This document shows, one piece after another, positions 1 through 7,505 of a stretch of 64,000 bases of DNA. A program made the position numbers and the translations under genes. The DNA is from an uncultured delta proteobacterium (GTDB lineage: Bacteria; Myxococcota; Myxococcia; Myxococcales; Anaeromyxobacteraceae): assembly GCA_963814585.1 (NCBI GenBank), contig CAWFDF010000012.1, positions 256,001 to 320,000 of the forward strand, given 5' to 3'. The notes under the pieces are model-generated. The model was not told where the DNA came from. It ran no database searches and saw only the letters and a program-made list of their open reading frames with translations. Position 1 is the stretch's first letter; each line of letters starts with the position of its first letter.

Positions 1-360
1 GATGGAGCCCTCGACGATCAGCACGTACTTGCCCTTGTTCTCCTTCATGGTCGACTCGAGCGCCGCCTCGAACTGGTAGCCGGCGCCGGCGGCCAGGGTC
101 TCGTGGTAGTCGAGCGAGATCAGGTCGAGGATCAGCTCGCCCAGGTCGGGCGCGTTGGCGCGCAGCAGCGACTCGGTGCAGCCGGTGCACTCCTGGAAGT
201 GGAGCCAGATGACCGAGGGCTTCTTCCCCTTGGCCACCTTCTCGGCCATCTTCTCGCCGGCCCAGGCCGGCAGGCCCACCGCGGCCGCGGCGGCCGTGCA
301 GACCTTCACGAAGTCTCGCCGGGAGAGGGCGGAGGTTTCCGCTGACACGGGGTGCGGCAT
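1..360 (-). CDS. [NiFe]-hydrogenase small subunit, N-terminal part (runs off window start)
   Basis: Manual translation, not in ORF track: MPHPVSAETSALSRRDFVKVC...KPSVIWLHFQECTGCTESLLR...ISLDYHETL...YVLIVEGSI. Tat motif SRRDF and proximal-cluster CTGC; AGGAGG RBS upstream. Confidence 0.95.
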   Translation of the reverse strand, partial: MPHPVSAETSALSRRDFVKVCTAAAAAVGLPAWAGEKMAEKVAKGKKPSVIWLHFQECTGCTESLLRANAPDLGELILDLISLDYHETLAAGAGYQFEAALESTMKENKGKYVLIVEGSI

Positions 361-440
361 TTTGATCCTCCTGGGGCGGGCCACGGTGAAACCCGCCTGA
401 TGTTCCGGCCATGATCGCCCGAATGGGGTGGTCCTCTGCA

Positions 441-454
441 TTGACCGCCATCAA
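441..454. promoter_or_regulatory. FNR/CRP-family binding site TTGAC-cgcc-ATCAA upstream of hydrogenase
   Basis: 9/10 match to FNR consensus TTGAT-N4-ATCAA, about 80 nt upstream of the hydrogenase start. Confidence 0.65.
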
Positions 455-639
455 GCAACGCAAAAGAGGCCTGCAAAAGATTCGCCTCTCCGTGGGCTGG
501 TCACCTGCACGGGGCCCTGAACGGAGCGGAGCCGGGGGCCCGGCCCGGTGAGACCGGCCGAGGCGGTCCGAACATCGACCCCGCCACCCGCTGCGCTGCG
601 GCCTGCGGCCATCGACCGCAGCGTGGAGCGAGGCCTCCT

Positions 640-2070
640 TCAGTTCCCGACCGGCTCCGGCGTCGGCGACGGCGCCGACGCTGGCGTGGCCCGGCCGAGC
701 TGTCCGTCGGCGTTGCTCCCCCAGCACTTCACCACGCCGGCCCCGCCCACGTCCGCCAGGACGCAGGTGAAGGCGCGCCCGGCCGCGGCGGCGAGGGGCG
801 CGCCCCCGAAGGCGACCTCGAGCTCGGCCACGGCGGGACCCGACGGCGCCGCGCCACACTGCGCCTGGTCGTTGCGGCCGGCGCACTTCATGGTCACGTC
901 GCCCGCCTTCGAGGAGCAGCTGAAGGCCTCGCCGGCTGCGAAGGTGCCGGCCGCCTGGCCGTTGTCGATCCGGTCGGCCGGCACGGGCTGCAGCACCGGC
1001 GTCAAGGTGGCGCGGTTCCCCATCTCGCCCTCCCCGCCCGAGCCCCAGCAATGGAGCGGGGTCCCGACGCCGGCGACGCTGGCGCTGGCGCAGGCATGCT
1101 TGCGGCCGACGGCCACCTTCAGGGCCGGGCCCGGGAGCGGCACCACCACCGGCGTCGCCTTCGGCGAACGCGGCGTGACCGGGTCGCCGGAGCCGGTCTG
1201 TCCCTCCAGGTCGAGTCCCCAGCAGGCAGCTGCCCCGGCGGCCACGGCGCAGGTGTCGTCCCCGGCCGCGGCGAGCGCCGTCGCGCCGCCGCTGACGAGC
1301 GAGGGGAACGGCGTGGCGTGAGGCGCGAAGTCGCCGGTGCCGAGCTGGCCGAGGTCGTTGGCTCCCCAGCACCAGACCGCGGCGCTGGCGCCAGCGCCGG
1401 CGATGGCGCAGGCGTGGCGCGCGCCGAGGGCCAGCGCGGTGGCGCCGGTCAGGGCGGTCGAGACGATGCCGGCGCGGGCCGCCGTGGAGCCGTCGCCGAG
1501 CTGCCCGGCCTCGTTGGCCCCCCAGCACCGGACCGTCCCATCCTGCACGGCGCAGGTGTGGCGGGCGCCGGCCGCCACCGCGGAGATCCCCGATGCGAGG
1601 ACCACGACCGGGCGCACCGACCTGGGCAGGCCGGCGGCCGCCGGGCCGAGCTGGCCGGCGTCGTTCTTGCCCCAGCAGAGGAGCCCGCCGTCACCGGTCA
1701 CGGCGCAGGCGTGGTCGTCTCCGGCCGCCACCGCGACGGCGCGGCAGCAGCCGCTGGCGCAGGCGAGCCACCCGGCCTGGCAGGCCTGGCCGCAGGCGTA
1801 CCCGCCGCCGGCCCCCGGCTCGCAGACCGGCGTGGCGTTGGGATCGCTGGCCGTGCAGGTCGAGCAGGCGTCGCCGCAGGCGTCGATCGACTGGGCCACG
1901 CAGGCGGCGCCGCAGACGTGCTGGGGAGGATCGCAGCTCGGGCCGCCGGGCGTGAGGGGAGGCACGCCGGCCGCGTCGTAGAGGGTGCCGTCGCAGGCCC
2001 CGACGAGGAGGCCGGCCAGGGCGGCGGCGAGGAGGCGCACGGCGGGCGGACGAGCGAGGCGCACGGTCAC
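640..2070 (-). CDS. Lipoprotein with Cys-rich N-terminal region and RCC1/BLIP-II-like repeats
   Basis: Lipobox LVGAC; Cys-rich segment; repeated (A/G)GxxH(A/T)CA...CWGxNxxGQLG units. Confidence 0.9.
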   Translation of the reverse strand: MTVRLARPPAVRLLAAALAGLLVGACDGTLYDAAGVPPLTPGGPSCDPPQHVCGAACVAQSIDACGDACSTCTASDPNATPVCEPGAGGGYACGQACQAGWLACASGCCRAVAVAAGDDHACAVTGDGGLLCWGKNDAGQLGPAAAGLPRSVRPVVVLASGISAVAAGARHTCAVQDGTVRCWGANEAGQLGDGSTAARAGIVSTALTGATALALGARHACAIAGAGASAAVWCWGANDLGQLGTGDFAPHATPFPSLVSGGATALAAAGDDTCAVAAGAAACWGLDLEGQTGSGDPVTPRSPKATPVVVPLPGPALKVAVGRKHACASASVAGVGTPLHCWGSGGEGEMGNRATLTPVLQPVPADRIDNGQAAGTFAAGEAFSCSSKAGDVTMKCAGRNDQAQCGAAPSGPAVAELEVAFGGAPLAAAAGRAFTCVLADVGGAGVVKCWGSNADGQLGRATPASAPSPTPEPVGN

Positions 2071-3566
2071 ATCCCGTAGAGGACGAGCAGCGTGAGGTTG
2101 GCGACGGGGCGGACCACGCGGTCCCCGTTCAAGGTGAAGACCTTGCCACCCCCGGTGAGGTCGAGGGCGGCGCGGACCGGGCCGATGGGCAGCGAGCCGC
2201 GCAGGGCCAGCCCGCCCGAGAGGTCGCCGGTCTCGAAGTGTCGCCCGTCGGGGAGCGACTGGGTGTTCCAGCCGCCGCCGAGGTCGACGCCCCCCTCGAG
2301 GAGCGCCCGGCCCCCCACCACCGGGAGCAGCGCGCTCAGGCCGCCGCCGACGCGCGCGTACCCGTAGGTGAGCGACTGGTCGGTGACGTCGCCGACGGCG
2401 TAGTCGCCGTGGACCACCAGGGCCACCGGCCCGACCTCGCGCCGCAGCCCGACCCGGAAGCCCGGGACCGCGGCCGTCCCCGGCAGGCCGGTGGCCTGCA
2501 GGCCGGCGCCCACCCAGATCTCCGTCGGCAGCGGCCCACCCTTGGAGCGGGCCACCTCGTAGCGGGTGGGAACCAGCTTCGGAAGCGCGCGGGTCTCGCC
2601 GCGGGCCAGCGACACCTCCCCGCGGGCGCGACCGTCCCGGGCGCGCCGCTCCACCCCGTAGGCGCCGGCCGGCAGGGCCAGGGCCAGCTCGGTGGCGCCG
2701 GCCGGCACCTCGGCGGTGAGCCCGAACGGCCCGCGCAGGACGTAGAGCGCGCCGGGATCCACCGGCACCAGCAACCTGGCCTCGGCGCGGCGGAGATCGG
2801 CCAGCACCACGTCCCCGCGGCCGGACATGCGGAAGTCGTAGGTGGGGTGCTGGGCGCCGGTGCGCGTCGCCGTGGTGTCGGAGACGGTCGCCTGCGAGGT
2901 GTAGCGGAAGGCCTCGGCCAGCGTGACCCGGCCGTCGCCGTCGGCGTCGCCGGCGCCGCGCAGGGCCACCTCCAGGTGGTGGGTGAAGAAGCTGCCGCCG
3001 ATGGCCGCCGACTCCTGGGCGGCCTCCCCGACCGCCGTCGAGGCGATGAAGGCGGTCCCCCGAACCTCGTCGGAGGGCAGGACGAAGTCCAGGCGGGCCT
3101 CGGCGCGCGCCCCCTTGACCTGGGTGAGCGCACCGGCCTCGCAGGCGTCGACCACCACCACCTTGGCCTCGGCGCTGGAGCGGGCCGCCGCCTCCTTGAG
3201 CTCGTCGTAGCCGACGCGCTCGCCTCCGAACTCGAGTCCGCCGGCGCCGGCGTGGCCGGAGTAGAAGACCAGCAGGAGGGTGCGCTCGCCGCCGGCGCGG
3301 GCCGCCTGGACCCGGGCCTCGGCGCGGGCCAGCGCCTCGCGGAAGGCCCCCGCGGTCGGGCCGCGGAGCAGCTCGACCCCGTCCCGGGAGAAGTCGCCGA
3401 GCTCGAGGAGGGCCCGCTCGAAGCGCTCGGCGTCCTTCTCGGCGAACCAGAGCCTGGGCCTCCCCGCCGCCCCCTGGTTCATGCCGGCCACCACGGCGAC
3501 GCGTCCGGGCGCCGCGCCGACGGCGAGCGGCAGGGCGAGGAGCAGGGTGGCGAGGAGGCGGCGCAT
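2067..3566 (-). CDS. Secreted caspase-like (peptidase C14) protein with putative C-terminal beta-barrel
   Basis: Signal peptide; FYSGHAG and VVDACEAG His/Cys dyad; AQES...GSFFT and DADGDGRVTLAEAF motifs; amphipathic beta-strand C-terminus. Confidence 0.9.
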   Translation of the reverse strand: MRRLLATLLLALPLAVGAAPGRVAVVAGMNQGAAGRPRLWFAEKDAERFERALLELGDFSRDGVELLRGPTAGAFREALARAEARVQAARAGGERTLLLVFYSGHAGAGGLEFGGERVGYDELKEAAARSSAEAKVVVVDACEAGALTQVKGARAEARLDFVLPSDEVRGTAFIASTAVGEAAQESAAIGGSFFTHHLEVALRGAGDADGDGRVTLAEAFRYTSQATVSDTTATRTGAQHPTYDFRMSGRGDVVLADLRRAEARLLVPVDPGALYVLRGPFGLTAEVPAGATELALALPAGAYGVERRARDGRARGEVSLARGETRALPKLVPTRYEVARSKGGPLPTEIWVGAGLQATGLPGTAAVPGFRVGLRREVGPVALVVHGDYAVGDVTDQSLTYGYARVGGGLSALLPVVGGRALLEGGVDLGGGWNTQSLPDGRHFETGDLSGGLALRGSLPIGPVRAALDLTGGGKVFTLNGDRVVRPVANLTLLVLYGM

Positions 3567-3570
3567 GCCC

Positions 3571-4323
3571 TCAGGGCCTCTTCTCGAGGAGCAGGGAGTC
3601 GAGCGCCGTGCCCGCGGGGAGCCCGGCGATGGCGGTGGCGCGCCGGACCGCCTCCGGCCCGGGGCCCCCCGCGGCGGTGCGCACCGCGGCCTCCGCGTCG
3701 GCCCAGGCCCATGGCGCCGGCGTGCAGATGGCGACGACCCGCTCCGGCCCCGGCTGGCCGTCGAGCACCGCGCCGCCGGGCAGGTCGGCGCTGCGCTCCA
3801 GGAAGGCCCCGCCCTCGCCCTGAGCCGGGTAGAGGCGCGAGACCTGGCCGCGGGCGTCGAGGGAGAGCAGCCAGAGGTGGCACGGGCGGGAGGCCCGGAC
3901 GCGGAAGCGGAGCGCCGCGCCGGCCTGGACGGCGACGCCGTCGACGGCCAGCCTCGACGTCGTCCCCTCCTGGACGAAGACCGCGAGCCCGAGGGCGCCG
4001 CCGCCCTTGACGCCGAGGTAGTCGTCGGGCGGCGCGGCAGGGCGCACCAGCAGGAAGACGGCGGCGGCGACGGCGAGCACGGGGACCAGGACCAGCCTGC
4101 GGCGCCAGGCGCCGAGGGCGGACCAGCGGGAGCCGGCGGCGGCCTCGACGGCCTCCACCGTGGCGGGGTAGACGAAGCGGGCGAAGTCCTCGCCCTGCCG
4201 CTGCATGGTGGTCAGCCGGGCGGCGCAGGACGGGCAGGCGGACAGGTGGCCGGCGATGGGAGAGCGCTCCGGCGCCAGCAGGTGGCGCTCCAGGGCGAGT
4301 TCGGACGGGCAGCGGGTGGTCAT
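3571..4323 (-). CDS. Zinc-finger (zf-HC2) anti-sigma factor with TM helix and DUF4384-like C-terminal domain
   Basis: HLSACPSC (HxxxCxxC); TM LVLVPVLAVAAAVFLLV; KGG then DUF4384-like GxxLRF...LLSLDxxGxVSRLYP; ATGA overlap with the ECF gene. Confidence 0.85.
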   Translation of the reverse strand: MTTRCPSELALERHLLAPERSPIAGHLSACPSCAARLTTMQRQGEDFARFVYPATVEAVEAAAGSRWSALGAWRRRLVLVPVLAVAAAVFLLVRPAAPPDDYLGVKGGGALGLAVFVQEGTTSRLAVDGVAVQAGAALRFRVRASRPCHLWLLSLDARGQVSRLYPAQGEGGAFLERSADLPGGAVLDGQPGPERVVAICTPAPWAWADAEAAVRTAAGGPGPEAVRRATAIAGLPAGTALDSLLLEKRP

Positions 4324-4814
4324 GGCCGGCTCCGGTCGACGTGGTGACGCGCCAGGTCCAGGAAGCGAGCCAGCTTGCGGGCCACGGTGCGGCGCGAGAT
4401 CCCCAGCACCTCGGCCACCTCCTCCTGCTCCATGCCGTCGACCAGCACGCCGACGGCCACCGTCTGGGTGGTGGTGTCGAAGCGGGCCAGGACCTGCTGG
4501 ACCAGCTGCCGGTCCGGCACCGGGTCGGCTCCGGCCGAGGCGGCCAGCTCCAGCGGCGGGGCCTCGAGGCCCTCCCCGCGGCGCGTGGCGTTGCGCCGGT
4601 GGTTGAGGCAGTGGTTGGTGGCGACCCGGTAGATCCAGGGGAGCACCGTCTCGCGATCCTCCAGCTTGGCGGTGTCACGGATGAGCCTCATGAAGACCTC
4701 CTGCGTCGCGTCCTTGGCGGCCTCCGGGTCCTTCAGGATCCGGAGGCAGCGGCGGTAGACCACCGGGCCGAAGGTCCGGTACAGCTCCGCCGCCCTGGTG
4801 TGGTGCTCGCCCAC
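4320..4814 (-). CDS. ECF-family RNA polymerase sigma factor
   Basis: Region 2 (AKDATQEVF, WIYRVATNHCLN) and region 4 (EEVAEVLGISRRTVARKL); GTG start at 4814 preceded by GGAGG. Confidence 0.92.
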   Translation of the reverse strand: MGEHHTRAAELYRTFGPVVYRRCLRILKDPEAAKDATQEVFMRLIRDTAKLEDRETVLPWIYRVATNHCLNHRRNATRRGEGLEAPPLELAASAGADPVPDRQLVQQVLARFDTTTQTVAVGVLVDGMEQEEVAEVLGISRRTVARKLARFLDLARHHVDRSRP

Positions 4815-4832
4815 GTCCAGCCTCCTTCCCAG

Positions 4833-4846
4833 GTGACACCCGTCAC
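4833..4846. promoter_or_regulatory. Inverted repeat GTGAC-accc-GTCAC (CRP-like GTGA-N6-TCAC core) upstream of ECF operon
   Basis: Perfect 5-bp inverted repeat 19-32 nt upstream of the ECF start. Confidence 0.3.
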
Positions 4847-5021
4847 GCCCGGCGAGTGCCAGACCTTTCGACAGCATCTCCGGAAAGCCCGCCACTTCCC
4901 AGTACCCCGGTCGCAGCGGGCCGGCCCGCGCGCCCGGCCGGCTCCAGGCGCCACGAAACCCCGGGAGCGGCCCTGGCGGCGGGCCGTTCCCGGGGTCGAG
5001 GAGCGCCGGGGGGAGCGGGCG

Positions 5022-6488
5022 CTACCGGTCGCCTTCGAGCTCGACCTCCCTGGCGGAGAGCACCGGGTCGACCAGGGCCCCCGGGTCCTTGCCGCGGGCC
5101 TTCACCACGGTCTGGCCCGCGGTCACGGCGGCGAAGAAGTCGGCCGGGGTCATCGACGGCCCATCCACGCCGGAGACCTCGGAGTGGCCTCGGAAGCCGC
5201 CGGCCTCGACCGTGCCGGTGGCGACGGTCTTGCCCAGGATGGTCAGCGTGCCGGCCGCGGCGTCCTTGGCGGTGACCACGCCGCGGATGATGGGCCGGTC
5301 GTCGCTGGACCGCTCCACGCGGGTGGCCACCAGCGAGGTGCCGTCGCGGCCTGGGGCGCCGCGGACCTCGACGAGGTCGCCGGCGGCCAGCGAGGCCACG
5401 GCGTCACGCTGCTCGGTGAGGGCGTCGACCGTGACCAGCACGCCGTTGACGCGGAGCGTGCCGACGCCGGCGGCGTCGACGCTCAGGCCGGCGGCCGCAC
5501 CCTGCAGCAGCGCGCTGGCTCGGAAGGAGACCTTGTGCGCCGCCAGCACGCCGTCGGCGCCGAGCCGCCCCTCGGCCTCCACCTTGACGCCGGGGAGGAG
5601 ATCGCCGGGCAGGCCGCCGCTCCAGGTGGTGCTGGCCGACGTGGTCACCGTGGTGCCGGCCAGCACGAAGGAGGCGGCCGTGCCGGAGGTGACGATCCCC
5701 TCGACCTCGGTCTCACCGCCGACGACGCCGGGCAGCCGATCCTCGATCGAGATGGAGGCCGCCTCGATGACCTGGCCAGGCTGCACCGGCTTCCGGGAGC
5801 GGACCTCCACCAGGTCACCCTGGGCGAGGCCGGCGGGGATGACGGCGCCCCCGAGCAGGTTGACGGTGTAGGTGCCGTCGGCGCCGGCGTCCGGCGAGGT
5901 CTTCAGGGTGAAGCCGCCGGCGGCGAGGTTGGAGACGATCCCCTTCACCTCGAAGTCGTCGCTGGTCCCGGCCAGCCTGTCGATGCGGGTGGCGCGCAGC
6001 CCGCCGCGATCGTCGGCCACGCCGGAGACGCGGACCCGCTGGCCCGCGTCCACCGAGCCGAGCCGGGCGACGTCGTCCTCGAAGTGGGTGCTGTCGTCGA
6101 CGCGGACGACCAGGCCGCCCACCGAAAGGGTGGTGGCGTCCCTGGACGCGACCTTCCCCTTCACGGCGTCCTCGAACTCGATCTCGAGACCCTCGCCGTG
6201 CCGCCCGCTGGCGTCGGCGTGGGCCTTGACCCGCACCACCATCCCGTCGCGCAGCTCGGACTCGGGCCGCTCGACTCCCTCGATCTTCACGGTGGCCGGC
6301 GTGGCGATGGAGACCCCGTTCACCTCGATCTGGCCGGCCGACCGGGCGGTGATGGCCCCCTGCAGGTAGAGGTTGGGCATCGAGCCGACCGGGGCTGGCG
6401 CTCCGGAGGGGTTCGAGGTGGTGCCGCCGCAGGCCACGAGCAGGGCGACGGCGGCGAGGAGCAGGGATCGGGAAGCGGTGGTCTTCAT
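5022..6488 (-). CDS. Lipoprotein with multiple DUF5666-like repeats
   Basis: MKTTASRSLLLAAVALLVAC lipobox; about six units of the form xGxVx...GxxVxV...LxxGxxVxVxG...A(T/S)xI. Real start is 6488, not the 9443 of the ORF track. Confidence 0.85.
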   Translation of the reverse strand: MKTTASRSLLLAAVALLVACGGTTSNPSGAPAPVGSMPNLYLQGAITARSAGQIEVNGVSIATPATVKIEGVERPESELRDGMVVRVKAHADASGRHGEGLEIEFEDAVKGKVASRDATTLSVGGLVVRVDDSTHFEDDVARLGSVDAGQRVRVSGVADDRGGLRATRIDRLAGTSDDFEVKGIVSNLAAGGFTLKTSPDAGADGTYTVNLLGGAVIPAGLAQGDLVEVRSRKPVQPGQVIEAASISIEDRLPGVVGGETEVEGIVTSGTAASFVLAGTTVTTSASTTWSGGLPGDLLPGVKVEAEGRLGADGVLAAHKVSFRASALLQGAAAGLSVDAAGVGTLRVNGVLVTVDALTEQRDAVASLAAGDLVEVRGAPGRDGTSLVATRVERSSDDRPIIRGVVTAKDAAAGTLTILGKTVATGTVEAGGFRGHSEVSGVDGPSMTPADFFAAVTAGQTVVKARGKDPGALVDPVLSAREVELEGDR

Positions 6489-6571
6489 GGGTGGCGCCTT
6501 TCGGGCTGGGTGTCTGGACTGTTGACACCGGGCCCCGGCCGCCACGGGCACGCCCCAGGAGGGGCGCGAGC

Positions 6572-7369
6572 TCACTTGTCGGTCTGCAGGATGACCGGGA
6601 GCCCGCTCTTGCCGCCGCCCACCACCACGATCTTGGTGTTGGGGCTGAGCGCCAGCGCCTGGGTGGCCTCGATCCCCTTCCACTGCAGGTACTCGCTGGT
6701 GAGTCCCTGCCGGACGATCGACTGGTACTTGGCGATGCCCTCCGCCTCCACCTGCTTGCGCTGCGCCTCCTGCCGCTCCTTGTCGAGCGTGAACTTCATC
6801 TTCTGCGAGCGCTGCTCCTCGGCCAGCTTGTCGGCGATGGCGGTCTTGATGGTGTCCGGCAGCGACACGTCGCGGACCAGCACCGCCTCCACCACCACGT
6901 GCTTGCCGGTGAGCGCCTTGAGCACCTCGTCGTAGATCTGCCGCTCGATCTCCTCGCGCTTGGTCGAGTAGATCTCCTCGGGCTGGTAGCGGCCGAAGAC
7001 CTTGCGCGCCTCGGAGCGGACCACCGGCCCGATGAGCTTCTGGTCGTAGTCGGGGCCGATCTTGGTCTGCAGCTCGAAGAGCTCGTCCTCCTTGGGCCGG
7101 TAGCGGATGGAGGCGTCCACCACCATGGTCAGGCCGTTGGAGGAGATGACCGCCAGCTGCTCCTTCATCTCGTGGACCCGGGTGTCGTACGGGATGACCG
7201 AGTTCCAGACCGGCATGACGTGCAGCCCCTCCCCGACCACCTGCTTGGATGTGCCGCCTCCCAGCGACTTGAAGACGATGCCGCGGTGGCCGGACTGGAC
7301 CACCGGGCAGCGGCAGCCCTCCAGGAAGGGCATGACGGCGAGGGCGGCGACGAGGAGGGTGCGGCGCAT
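6572..7369 (-). CDS. Prohibitin / SPFH (band 7) family protein
   Basis: GEGLH, LVRDVSLP, AIADKLAEEQ coiled coil, EYLQWKGIEA; AGGAG RBS before MRRTLL. Confidence 0.9.
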   Translation of the reverse strand: MRRTLLVAALAVMPFLEGCRCPVVQSGHRGIVFKSLGGGTSKQVVGEGLHVMPVWNSVIPYDTRVHEMKEQLAVISSNGLTMVVDASIRYRPKEDELFELQTKIGPDYDQKLIGPVVRSEARKVFGRYQPEEIYSTKREEIERQIYDEVLKALTGKHVVVEAVLVRDVSLPDTIKTAIADKLAEEQRSQKMKFTLDKERQEAQRKQVEAEGIAKYQSIVRQGLTSEYLQWKGIEATQALALSPNTKIVVVGGGKSGLPVILQTDK

Positions 7370-7470
7370 GGAGGCTCCTTGGGTGGTTGCGGGGATCGTA
7401 CTCCGTCCCACCTGCGGCCACCCCCCGAATCGGCGGGTCCCGGAATCCACCCGCCCGACCCTGCCGGAGC

Positions 7471-7490
7471 GGGATCCCGGCCGGGATCCC
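7471..7490. repeat. Perfect 20-bp palindrome GGGATCCCGGCCGGGATCCC in divergent promoter region
   Basis: Self-reverse-complementary; lies between the SPFH and acyltransferase genes. Confidence 0.8.
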
Positions 7491-7505
7491 CGTTAAGGTG
7501 GTCCG

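Noticed and set aside
480..639. GC-rich hairpins between the hydrogenase promoter and the RCC1 gene as a possible ncRNA or riboswitch
   Set aside because: No recognisable RNA family motif; hairpins are expected at this GC content and may just be a terminator.
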